Shown: positions 38,372 to 50,686 of the stretch, piece after piece
How the letters are laid out: each line of letters begins with the position of its first letter
Position numbering within the stretch: position 1 is the stretch's first letter
Assembly (NCBI GenBank): GCA_044892525.1
Contig: CM097885.1
Coordinates: forward strand, 13,146,001-13,210,000
Length of the DNA stretch: 64,000 nt
Direction: 5' to 3'
Source of the DNA: Schmidtea polychroa
Lineage: Eukaryota
The notes under the pieces: model-generated
The model's input: the letters and a program-made list of their open reading frames with translations, nothing else
Told to the model about the DNA's origin: nothing
The model's database searches: none
Program-made: the position numbers and the translations under genes

Positions 38372-39250
38372 CAGGGCGGATTAAGATTGCACGGGGCCGC
38401 TGGCTTGCATTCAAACTGGGGCCCGGTCCAGCCAGTTTACATTTAAATAAAATGATTACTAGGAACTAATGTAAGACTGTAACTTGTAAGGCAGAGTATA
38501 ATAAAAAAAAACATTAAATAGAAGTAAATTTAATTTATATAAAGATACATGAATCCACACTTATATTTATTATTATATATTTCAACCTAGAACCTACGTT
38601 TGTAAACTTTTCTCATGGCGAAGTTATCAATTAAGTCAGTAAAGTAAAGTTAACTGAGCTTAAGATTTCCCTTTCAATGCTCACTAGAGAGAGCAGACTC
38701 AGTCTTTGTTGTTCCATGTAACTTCAAACTTCGTTTTTTATTCTTTTTAACTTAGAAAATGATCGCTCTTCACTGTAGTTTGATTTCATCTTTAAGAGAA
38801 AGATGCAAAGTGTGATGTGGACATTCGGAAAGGACTGTGTAAAATTTAGCTCATTCAAAAACAGCAACGTCTTTAGCTCTGTGTATGTGTTTTGAAGTTT
38901 GCATTGTGGTTCTTCCTGTCCCTGACCCTGGCCCTGGGACTGGACAATAATTGTCTTGAAAGGCTCTGAAGATTGAACTAATTCTGACATAAAGCAGTCT
39001 TCGAAATCACTTGGATATTCTTTCATTAATTTGGCTGCTATTCCACGGATGGCGTCATTGCTGAGCTCAGTTAGATTTGTAATAAACCCAAAGTTCTTAT
39101 GGATGTCTTTATATGCGTCTAACCAATATTGGAGATCTGAAGAGAGTTTATCAATGATTACCAGAAATACCTCAACCTTGAAATTTTGAACCATGGTAAT
39201 TGTAACGGACGACTTTTTTTATACTCCTCCATCAAACACAGTTTTAGATG
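38372..39250 (-). mobile_element. hAT (Tip100/ZMYM1-like) 3' remnant with terminal sequence
   Basis: End cagggcggattaag...ggggcccgg. ORF 38724-39194 carries FPNVHITLCIFL...EERSFSKLKRIKNE. Confidence 0.85.
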
Positions 39251-39329
39251 AGGTTGACATGTATTTAATTCTCTGTGTATGTCGGTGAAGAATATAGTGA
39301 CTACTGCTACGGTTCTTTGCTACAGTTTT

Positions 39330-39780
39330 TATGCATATTATAGCACCACCAACCTTTCTTATCAATACACTTATTCCAATTTATAGCATGCTAATTAATG
39401 AAATTATTCATACGGCTAAATATATTTTCACCTGTGATATTTTTTTTAAACTTTCGTACAGAAGTAAATCTTCCTCAATACGTTGAAATCATAGCGCATG
39501 AAAACCAGAAATATTGCTTGACCTGCAACATATGTTGGTTGTAATGAGAATACATCATATTTATGTAGAGGAGAAATTAGTTCTAGCTCGATATCTTCAG
39601 CGATATTATAAATATCTCGCAAAACAGTATTGTTTAAAAGGGATGCGGCTTAAACTTTTCTACATGAATCTTTGCCTAATATACACAAAAAAATATCTTT
39701 TGCACATGTTTTTATTATTGTTTCGCCAATAGTGTGGGTTTCTCCTGCATGTGCTTGTCGATTACTTACTCTGTTATTTA
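39330..39780 (-). pseudogene. Charlie/Buster hAT transposase fragment
   Basis: AHAGETHTIGETIIKTCAKDI...NNTVLRDIYNIAEDIELELI...FSLQ...VAGQAIFLVFMRY. Confidence 0.8.
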
Positions 39781-41058
39781 CTTTTATATTATGAGAAATT
39801 ATCCCACACATTTCATATAAGTTCAGGTATTCACTGTGAGAAATAACATACAAAAACATAAAATTTTTAAATCGAAGTGATTAGAAATTATTTTTAGTTT
39901 TTTAAATAAAAAAACAAATGTCTAAAGTTTTAAATTATGCAGTTAGTATGAATGATGAATGATTGAAATTTTTATTGTCGATAATAAATAATTATCCAAT
40001 TCTAAGCTATGTAAAAGTTAAGATGCCCAGTGTTAAATGTTTGCTAAAAGATATGAAACAAGAAGCACCTGTATATTTAATTAAAAACAGACATCAATAT
40101 AGCGATCTAAATTACCACAACGTAATATAATATAGACAAGAACTATTGCACAACTCATAAACTCATATCTGTTATCCTTGAAGTAATAATCATCTTTATT
40201 TCGCTTGATTTTTTCCTATTTTTCGAATCTGGAATCCTTCATTACTTTTCATTTTCCAAGTGGATAAATAAGGCTTTTTGACTAAATTATTAATAGTTGG
40301 CTTTTGTTTCTCTGATTTTTGTCAATAAATAGTAATTCAGTGTTTTGATTATTAAAATACTTGGTCTTGTTATTAGAAACGCAAATGTAATATTGGTCAC
40401 ACTATTCTTTTATGTTATTTCTGGTAGTCCACATTTTTGCTTGTCCTTGCTTTTAATTTTGTATCCCCTTTTATATTATAAATAATTAAGGGTAACATTA
40501 CTCATTTATTTAAAAATAACTACTAAAGGTTATATGGCCTATTTTTTCATTTAATTATCTTTTCCTTTTAATATTCCTATTTTGGTAATTTTTTCTTTAA
40601 AATGAATACGTCATCATTAATATTTTACTTTTTCAATCACTTTAAGGTAAGAGTCTGAGCCTAATAGATAAAGTCGACTCTTCGAAATTGACAATAATTT
40701 CTAATGTTTCTTGATATTTGAGATTCAATTGCTTCATGTTATCAACAGTGCCTGAAACAGGTTAGTAGATTTTATTATATTTTAAAAAGAAATGTTTTTA
40801 TAAAAATTTTGCCTTTTTAATTCGAAGTGTGCATACATTTGGGGATATCATATATATTTTGTAACCAAAATATAAATTATGAATATATTTACTTTATTCA
40901 TAATTATTTGAGAAATATACTGTTTGATTACTTTAAATGCAAAATATTTTTTAAATATTTTCCAAAAATTTTCATATGTACACAAGTTTTATATTTAATA
41001 AAATAAAATTCATTAAACTTACTAACTAGTTTTATTTTATCATATTAAAATCAAAATA

Positions 41059-41188
41059 ATGGATGGCAATAATTCAAAAAATAAATCTAATCGTTGTTGG
41101 GGTGCTACCGATTTGGAGGAAGATGAAGAAGCGTATAATGTATATCAGATACCAAAAGAAAAGATAAATATGAGAAATAGCGTAACAG
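41059..41188 (+). CDS. Uncharacterised protein, coding exon 1
   Basis: ATG at 41059, MDGNNSKNKSNRCWGATDLEEDEEAYNVYQIPKEKINMRNSVT then G|gttaga. A 45-nt GT-AG intron at 41189-41233 restores the frame of ORF 41335-41898. Confidence 0.75.
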
Positions 41189-41233
41189 GTTAGAGTTTTG
41201 ATATTTTTAGCATTATTTGTAAATTATATTAAG

Positions 41234-41898
41234 TTGGATTTAACAAGACTCCTGAATTATCAGTTCCCATAGTAGAAAAAAAGAAAAAACCAAAAGCTCA
41301 AGGTAAGCGCAATGTAACTACACCAAGTGATGATATGAAACGTCAGGTCGCTTCTTTTACTTTTAGTCATATTTCAGCCGAAGAAAATGGGGATATAAAT
41401 AAGTCAGCAGAAGAAACCATTTCAGCCCAATTGCATAAACCAGTCGAAGAAAATATTACAAAAATAACAGAAATCAAAGATAACAAATCAATTAGTGTTC
41501 CTGTTTTTCAAAATTTCCAGCCTAATCAAATACCACCAAATCGCACAAATGAAATTAATGCAGCATATATGTTACAGGCAATGAATTACCGAATGGTATC
41601 GCCTCCAATGTCCTACCCGAATTATTGTGCGCCATTACAATATATGCAGCAACGTAATCCATATTTACCTTTAGGAAATTTACCAATGAATAATCCATCT
41701 CCTAGAATGATGAATTATCAACAGGTAAATGCTACCAAAAGTACTTATTATGAAAGACTTGGTGTTATTGAAGTACTTTTTCGGTTTATTACACAAATAC
41801 TCAGATCTCCTGAACAGCCGTCTATCGAACAAATAGAAGAAATTAAAATTTTGTTGGATTCATTAATAATTAAATCCAACGAAAATCATTTAACTTAA
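41234..41898 (+). CDS. Uncharacterised protein, coding exon 2 (264 aa total)
   Basis: Open from the acceptor attaag|TT to the TAA at 41898. Contains a basic KKKKPK patch, a Q/N/P/M/Y-rich middle and a predicted helical C-terminus. Confidence 0.8.
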
Positions 41899-42739
41899 CA
41901 AATGTATCGTAATTGATAAAAGATTGTTATAGGAATTGTGGCATTCTAAAAAATATTTTTACGTTTTATGGAATTTGAAATATATTTTTATTTTTATTAA
42001 TTCCTTTAAGCCTTATCTTTATTTTTAGAGTTATTAATCACGTTTTCATAATTCTTTATTCTTTTAATCAATGTCTAACATAACATTCTTTGAATGACAA
42101 TGATAGTTTTATCTGCTTGAAGTATATTAGAATTAAAATTTTTGTCATTATTTCTCGTTCGTAATTTAAATGCCGCAGAATCTAGGAATCATTTATAATT
42201 ACAAAGATTTTCATATTGAATCTTTCACATTCTTTAATTCTGCTTAAGTATGCAATTAGGTACAAAGATTTTCGAAAAACTCAGTAATTAATCTTTGATT
42301 ATAAGTTTTTTATCAATCAAAACATTAAAAATTGTGGCAAACAGTGACAAAAATGAGTTCATTATTACTAAATTTAAATTTTATTAAACTTGTTTTTTCA
42401 AACAATACTATATTGTTGTTAATATAAAAATGTAGGTCAATGATAATTTAAATATTGTATATAGTTGAAAAATTAAGATCGCAATTATATGTAAAATTAG
42501 ATGAATTTTTATAATTATTAAAAGACTTTGGAAACACAAAATTTATTATTACTAAAAACTGATTATCCCTCCGGAGGAAGTAATAATATTGTAATTATCT
42601 TGAGCAAGATACATGCATATATTATACAATACCTTTGACATTCAGACATACATTATCTAATATTCAGTTATACAAATTCAACATGCATAATTATAATTTA
42701 TATTAGGTATTATTTGTAGTTATTCTACATCTGTGCTCG

Positions 42740-45700
42740 TTTTAAAATTTATAATCCATTTAATTTATAATTTTCCATTTTCAATTCTGAAATGCTATCA
42801 TGAAACTCCTGGACCCTCACATCTAACTTCATTTTTATTTGCAACATGTTTTTTTTACCAAAATAACATCCCGACATTGAAAATTCTATTTGGTCTTACT
42901 TCGTTAAAAAATAATCTATCTTCTTTATTTCCTTGTGTTCGTTTTTGTAACTCTAATCTTTCTGATTTACGCTTTTCCATTAATAATTGTAGTTCACATG
43001 GTTCGTCATTTTCATACCGCTTTCTATCAATCTATTTTCCAAAAACAATTTATGCAGGACTCAATTGAGTAGTTTTCTGAATTATTGTGTTCAACATAAA
43101 TTGACCTTTAGGGAGCATTTCAACCCAGTCTTTGACGTTCTTTCTTTTAAGAAAATTTGGATGACATCTCTAATAATTCTAAATTTACGTTCAACTTGTC
43201 CATTTGGTGAATGATGATACGGATTTGAATATACTAGATTAATACCATGTTTCTCTGCAGATTCTTTTAATAAAGCTGATTCAAATTTCCTCTATCACAA
43301 TGAATATTTTTTGGAGCACAAAATTTCAAAATCCATTTTTCTTTAATTATTTCTCCAACTGTCTTTACAAAATTGGTCTATAACTGCCAAAATGTACTTC
43401 TTTCCACTCCTAACAGTCTTCATTGGGCCACAAAAGTCATTGTAAAATGGATTCAAATAAATAAACTTCTGTAGGTTAAATTAGTTTGTTCGTGTAATCA
43501 TAGGCTTTCTTTTTCCTTATTGATAATTTTCGCACACCCCAACTACTTCCTTAATAAATTCTTGTATTTTTCTCGTGTCAAATTTCCTAGATTTCGTGGA
43601 TTTTATTTATCCAAACATGACACAAAATTTTATGGGTGTACAAAAGAAATTCTTTTTTTCTTTCCCCTGGAATCCATATTTTACCTCTACTTGAATGAAT
43701 AATGTCATTACTTTCTATAAATTTTGATTCTTTTCCAATCAGTATATCTCTTGTGATATTTTCTATTTATTTAGCATCTTATTGCCACAGTTTTCCATCT
43801 TTTCGACACGTGAGTGCTAGAATTTTTGTTTTTAATTTTCCTTTTTTTGGTTCTCCGTGAATCATTTAGTTTTCGTCAATGCATTTTCTTTAAAATATTC
43901 CGATATTCCGTTTCAATGTTCTGACTATTTAAGTGGCTGATCCATGTTTGTAATTGAGGTGTGATTGGCTTCTTGGTTATCAATAAAATATTATTGTGGT
44001 CTATTTAAGGGGCTAATCCATGTTTGTATTTGAGGTGTGATTGGCTTCTTGGTTTTCAATAAAGATATTATTGCCTTGTGGTCAGGCCCTAGGAGAGGCG
44101 GGGCCAGAGGGGCCACTGGCCCCGGGCCCCAAATATTCAAAATTTTATTTGAAGAAATTTTTTTGGAAACAAAAATTAATTTTTAAAAATTCAACAATTT
44201 GAAAATGGACTAATGATATAACTTCTTTGCTCTTATATATCAATCTAACATGTTTTTAAATAAATCAGATTGATCTAAGATTAGGAATTCGTCATTTAAA
44301 AATCCTTGATCGTTATTAAAATCCACGAATAAGAGATTTTTAAAAATATTTTTAAAAATATCCGTTTATTAATGATATGATATTGGGGCCCTTAATTCAA
44401 ACCCAACTAGCGTGGAATTCGAAAGAATATTTTAAATTTCATTAAAATTTCTCTACTAAAACATGAAATGAAACGGCTTGAAATATTTCGAAAATTTCTC
44501 ATTGAAGTTTTAAATTTAAAATTGTCGGTGTTAAACTGAATTAAAGTTTGTTTATATTGTTTATGCTTTTATTTGTTAAAAATTAATTTCAATAAATTTA
44601 ATACTAAATGAAGTGAACAAAAGGTATGAAAATTTGGCACAAGAGCGGCTAAATGGATTAACAATGCTGCATATTAATAACGATATTGCAAGAAACCTAA
44701 ATTTTAGTGAAATAATTGATAAATTTGCAATTTCAAAAGCCCGTAAATCATTAATATAATAAAATTTGTTGTCGCTAACTATATATATTTTTTAATTATT
44801 TAAAAGGGGCGCCAAAAAAAATTTGGACCCGGGCCCCACACTCTCTCCTAGGCCCTGCTTGTTTAAACTTTTTGCCATATAAATAGTGTTTGAAATGTTT
44901 GGTAAAATAAATTATGGCTAATAATTCTTTTAGAGTGATACAATAGCCTACTTCGTGTTTGTTCATTGCATGTGAACCCTATGCAATTACACTTTCTTTG
45001 CCATTTTCATCTAACTGTGATAAAACTGTTCCTATTCTGTCGAAACTGGCATGTGTGTCCAAAATAAATTCCTTTGTAAAGTCAGGGAATACAAGAATTA
45101 GAGCTTTTACTAATACTTTTTTTAATTCTTGAAATGCCTCTTCACATTCATTTGTCCATATAATTTTTGTCTGATTTACACCACACAATTTTTCGAGTGA
45201 TTTCGAATACATACTATTATTTTTTATAAATAGACGATAGTAGGTTGTTAATCCAAGAAAAAATTTTAATTTTTTCACAATTTTGTGGTTTCGAAATTTT
45301 TAATTGTGCTAATTTTATTGTCATCGGTGTATATTTCTTCATCGTTTATCACATTTTTAAAAACCTTGTTTAATAAAATAACATTTTTCTGGACTTATCT
45401 TTACCAAGAATCACTTATTCTCTTAATTACGTTTCCTATTCCATTATAGTGTTCTTGCAAGGAAGACGAAAATATTAATATGTCGTCAAGATAAACAGCA
45501 GCTTCTTTACCATTCAATGACCCTAATTCTTTATTAATGAGCTTTTGAAATGTTGCAGTTGCAGTTGCAATGCGAAAAGGTATATGGTTAAAACAATATT
45601 TAGTATTATTTGTGGAAATGCTGTTTATAATCTAGATTCGTCTTGTAGATCAACTTTATAATAAGCATTTTCTAAATCAAGGATGGTAAAATATTTGGTG

Positions 45701-45830
45701 CCATACAAAATATCTAACATTTCTCGAGCATTTGGAATAGAAAATATTTGTCTTTCTGTCCCCCCCATATAACACTCTTTAACCTAAAAATATCTTAATA
45801 TCATCTTTACCTTTCTTTTCCCACACTAAA
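42740..45830 (-). mobile_element. Degraded Ty3/Gypsy pol (RT, RNase H, integrase)
   Basis: AAVYLDDILIFSSS, FFLGLTTYYRLFIKN, FILDTHASFDRIGTVLSQ, YLYGKKF, DFCGPMKT and SNPYHHSPNGQVER, with many stops. Confidence 0.9.
44083..44857 (+). mobile_element. hAT MITE inserted in the Gypsy RNase H
   Basis: TIR caggccctaggagag / ctctcctaggccctg matches 14/15; flanks cttgtggt/cttgttta. Internal AQERLNGLTMLHINNDI dimerisation tail. Confidence 0.85.
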
Positions 45831-45989
45831 TCTTGTAACAAGAGTGGATATTGTTCTCGGACTCGACAAAATAGGACTAATGAAAGGCGTTTCGATTTGT
45901 AAAGAGAGAGTGCGGTTTGATGGATTTGCTGTTTCATCAATGCAAACTGTGAAGCATGATCAAGTCAGAATTGAAGATGAAAAAAATGT

Positions 45990-46830
45990 TGAGCCTCAAC
46001 CCCATAACTCAAGGTGTGACAGATCACTACATTGATAATATTGCCGTTGACACGAGGTTGTGAATCACTTGACTCAATATGGCTTGACTATAAAATCAGC
46101 AGAGTCAATAGAAAATGCAAAGGTTCTTATTCTAAGAATAGAACACGATCATTGTGGTCACTTGTCGTGGATCAGACGAAATGATATAAGTGCAATCAAA
46201 AGTGAAGTCACTCATCGTATGCTGCTCTATATATACGGAAAGCTTGTCGAACATTATTCAGCTGCAGAATGACTCAGACTAACATGCAGCCATGTTAAAA
46301 GAACTGCAAACGTCACGAAATTGATGACAGTTGATAAAGAATGCGAATTAAAGATAGCAGAAGTGATCACTCGTGTTAATTCAGACGATCCGGTCAAGGG
46401 AAGTTGGACGGTAATTAACAATGATGGCCGGATTCTGTGGTGTGATGCGACTAGTCTTCCGTCGTGGGTTGTGATGGTAATAAATAGCGATATTGTGGAC
46501 AATGTATCGTGGCCCAAAAAGTTGACTACCGCTTCCATATACATGTTACGAAACTAGATGCGGTGCTAAGAGGTATTCAATGGGAAGTTAAAAGAATCGA
46601 ATTGATGGTGGATTTTGGCCGAAGTAGTAAACTGGAAAGAAAACAGTACTTAATATTGACAGCAGAATATGATTCCATGGGATTTCTGAAACGGTTTCAG
46701 ACTCCGCATGCGGATTATCAATAAGCTCATCACAAAAGGTAGTATGTCTATTTTTGTAAGCTTGGTGAAGTCAGTACAGAACAGAGAAGATGTCCTTATT
46801 CGCGTTCCAGTAGGTAAGATCCTCGTTAGA
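45990..46830 (+). pseudogene. RT-RNase H remnant of a second, divergent LTR retrotransposon family
   Basis: YIDNIAVD...HLTQYGLTIK...GKLVEHYSAAE*LRLTCSHVKR...DPVKGSW...LWCDATSL...HIHVTKLDAVLRG. Confidence 0.65.
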
Positions 46831-46859
46831 TTATTAGATGATTATAAGAGTTAGATTAA

Positions 46860-47425
46860 AGTTAGATTATAAGAGTTTTTGGTATATTTTCTGGATCGCA
46901 AAGATTGCAAATTTAAATTACTGGATCAATTAAGAAAAACTACTAAAATTTCTTATCTTGCAGATATATTTATCAAATTAAATTAAGTATCATTTTTAAT
47001 GTGAAAGATAAAATATTATAATCGTTTCGTAATTTGGACTTCAGACGAGTATTTAGTAAGAGGTTTGGTGAACATAATGATTGCATACTAATCTAAAGCA
47101 AATACTGAGTCGTATAACCAACCCCAATAGAGTTCATCATGAAGAGTACACACAGTAAAGTTTATCTTCATACAATCACAAAAGAGAAAGTGTCAGTTTG
47201 ATGAAGGGCCATCAGTCTAAACAATATTTTCCCCGAGACCAAAATTCAAGGTTGAGGTATTTCTGATAATCATTGACAAACTCTCTTCAGCTTCCAATAT
47301 CGGTTAGACTCATAAAAAGACACCCGTGAGTATTTTGGGTTTCTTACTAACCTAACTGTGCTCAGCAATGACAAACTTCCGAGGGGCAGCAGTCAAGTTA
47401 ATAGAAGAATATTCAAGTGAATTGC
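46860..47425 (+). pseudogene. Two hAT transposase scraps (Charlie-like, then an inverted relative of 39010-39195)
   Basis: ISYLADIFIKLN. Bases 47240-47420 align with the reverse complement of the 38724-39194 ORF (aaattcaaggttgaggtatttctg...). Confidence 0.7.
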
Positions 47426-49614
47426 AGGTGAGTGGGTGCATTTTTGCTCTTAAATAAACAAACAATATTGACAAACAACAAATATTTAAAATCGACTGTT
47501 GAAATATAAAAATCGAGCATACAGTAAATCGAGCTCAGAAAACGCATTCTATCACACACACTCTTATATGAATATAATATATTGAAAGCATAATATTTTT
47601 GTATTTTATCAGGTAATCATTTTTGTAATTGTTATATTAAATAAAATTTACTAACCAGTGTCGTCTTATTTATTTATATAAGATAACAAACTGAGATTCT
47701 GGGAACCTCAAAACAATTGTTGCATTCCCATTCTTGTGTATAATATTTCAATATGAAGCAATTTGAATACAATAGATCGAGAAAACATGACCGAAGTCCG
47801 TCTTATAAGCATCGATTTAAACTTTAAAGCTTCAAATACTAGTAAAACGCGCATGCTTCATTAATTATAAATTTATACACTCTTGTATCGAGGAAACGTG
47901 ACTGAAGTTCGGCACATCAGTATCGATTACGAGCCCTGAATAAGAGTCATAGTAAATAAAACCGAATATAACAAGCACTGGGAAAATAAATTGATGAATA
48001 AATAGTTTCAATAATCAATATTTGGCAGATAGCCAAAATAAACCAAATAAAACATTATATATATATATATATATGTGTGTGTGTATTACATTTATAAAGG
48101 CTGAGCCAAAATACTATTGACCTTAATATATTGTTTTGATATGTAGTCTTACAAATATTAATATGAAAATTATTGAATTAAAAAAAGATGAAACTAAAAG
48201 ATAATATAATTGCTTTTGGTTAATAATTCTATGAATTTTTCATTTGATTTTCTTGAATCCTCTTTATTTTAAACCAATTTCTTTATTGTGGTTTATTTCT
48301 TGTCACTAAGTATTGTTATCATCTGAATTGGCGTAATCTCCTTTTTTCGGCTTTAATTCGTTTATTCGTTGATTTTCAAATATTTATCTTTTATAATTTA
48401 TTAGTTCTATGTTTGGTCATTTTTCTGTTTTCGCACTTTCACGGTTTAATTTTGAGATACTCATCAGCATAGTTTTACGAACAAATAACAAATTCTAGTA
48501 CTGCAATAATATGTTGTTTACATCCTTTTCAGTGTGAAATTTGCAAGTAATTTAAATATTATGACGAACATTGACTCAAATTAAAAATTTAAACTTTAAT
48601 GATACGTTTTATTTTGCACTTATAAGTCTCTCACCAGCAAGTTTCATTTATTTTTATTTTCATTGTTAGCTTGTTTAAATAAACAAATTCATTAATCTTT
48701 TTGAATTATTTCTTTATATAATTATTTTCTTTTTTAAATAATTTTACTATTTTTCTTATTGCCTTCAACTAATATTATATTATAATCCTGCCTTAAATTG
48801 TGAATGTCGCCAGTGGTAATATTTTTAAAAGTTATTGTATTTATTCTATTTAGTTAAAAGTGCTTGTTGGAGTATATTTTGGAATTTATTTAAATCAAAA
48901 TTATCAGGTATTTATCAAATATTATCGCAAATTTAATATTCTAATCCAGATACCGACAGTAGAGGATCCGAAAACTATATATGAGCGATTAATGAAATAT
49001 CTCGAAAGTCGTAAAAAGGAATAGATGGATTATCATTTTTATATGAAATTTTCCAATCAAACTTGATTTTTTAAGTGTTATAGAATGTGTCTAATTAGCG
49101 ATATTCTCATCATAGATTTTTCATTATTTATAAGATCATGAAATTACAAATCATTATTTAGTTTTTATTTATTTTTTGAATAGAAATTTAAGCTGATTTA
49201 TTTAATATAACGTTTTATTATTTTCATTGTGATTTAAATGTAGTTACTGAGTGTAATATTTTCTATCTGAAACTGCTAAATGTTCTATAATTCAAATTGG
49301 GTTCTAACTGGCATTATACTCAAACATTTTATTAAAATTGTAAATTCAGCTTTCAATGTTAATTGCTATGCAGAAAATTATCATTATTTGTTTCAACTCA
49401 CATTGATTATTCTATTTATTTATCTACGCTATGGTAAATCTTAATAACTCTTAAATAAGGCTAACCAGACATGTTTTCATCAACAGGCTTTGTCAAAACC
49501 GCGAGTGACATGATTAAGACATCAACATTATAAAATTCGTTCTTTGGCAAAGCAACGGTATTGGGATTTCGTAAGAAATTTTCAATATTTTGATCCTACT
49601 GTTCGATAATAAAC

Positions 49615-49890
49615 CAACTGGCAATTGATAATCATCTGATGGACATTAATTAGGCTTTTGATAATGTAAATATTAACTTACCTATAATAAGTGTGTGTGT
49701 GTGTGTTATAGCCAGAACTGACATTAAACAGGCTCTTACACTACATCAACTGGCAATTGATTATCATCTAATGGACATTAATTTGGTTTTTTATAATATA
49801 AATATTAACTTACATATAATAAATGTGTGTGTGTCATAGCCAAAAGTGACATTGAATTTGCTTGGTGACATTAAATTGGCAATTACACTA
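49615..49890 (+). repeat. Tandem duplication of a ~132-bp unit containing (GT)n
   Basis: caactggcaattgat...catct..tggacattaatt...tagcca..a.tgacatt occurs at 49615 and 49747. Confidence 0.85.
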
Positions 49891-50422
49891 TAGAAAGATA
49901 GAAAAATCGCTGTTGGAAGAAAAATAAATAAATACACAAACATGGTTCACAAAATTTCTATAATAAAAAATACACAAAAGGACATTGATTTAGCTTACGG
50001 ACATGTGATAGGCTAAAAATGTTCAATTTTAAAACAAATATTTATCAAAATGTTTGAGGTTATTTCAGAAGCTTCTTCAGAATAAACTATTCCATTTCAA
50101 GAAATTCGTAGAAATGTGTAAGTTTTTCATTAAACTTTAGTTAATTTATAGTTATTTTAGTAATTAATTATAATTGAATAACAAAATCCTAATTAGCCTT
50201 TTTGTTATAATTACTAAAAACAATAAAAATATGAAAATTTACTACAATAACCATAGTTGATAAAAAAAGATTATTGACGCAATGGAATGTGGTCACGAAT
50301 ATTACGAAATAGGCCATATTCTTGGAATCAGAAAGTAAAAAGGTGATGTGTTAAAAATTACTATTCTTAGAACATAAATAAAAATAGTATTTTAATAATT
50401 ATATATAAGTAAAAATAGTAAT

Positions 50423-50686
50423 CAGCACCGGCGCTAGAGTTTCAGATGATGTGTGAAAATTGCATATTACCGCCTTCGCATTCCATAATAAGAGTAAAAA
50501 AACGATAAATGCATACATAACAAAACAATATAACTTTATTACTTTTAATTTAATTCATATTTATTATAAAAACATAAAAATCTTATGAAAATAACAAATT
50601 TCTGTACAATTTTGCCGCCTTTTGTATTTTTCCGCCGTGGCGCCTGCGTGAAAATCACGCATCGTACCCGCCTCACGCCGGGCCTG
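50423..50686. mobile_element. 264-bp hAT MITE
   Basis: Ends cagcaccggcg / cgccgggcctg, with a perfect 8-bp TSD atagtaat. Confidence 0.9.

Noticed and set aside
38372..47425. Inverted hAT fragments flanking the 41-kb gene as a gene-capturing Pack element
   Set aside because: The right fragment is internal coding sequence with no terminus or TSD; independent insertions are simpler.
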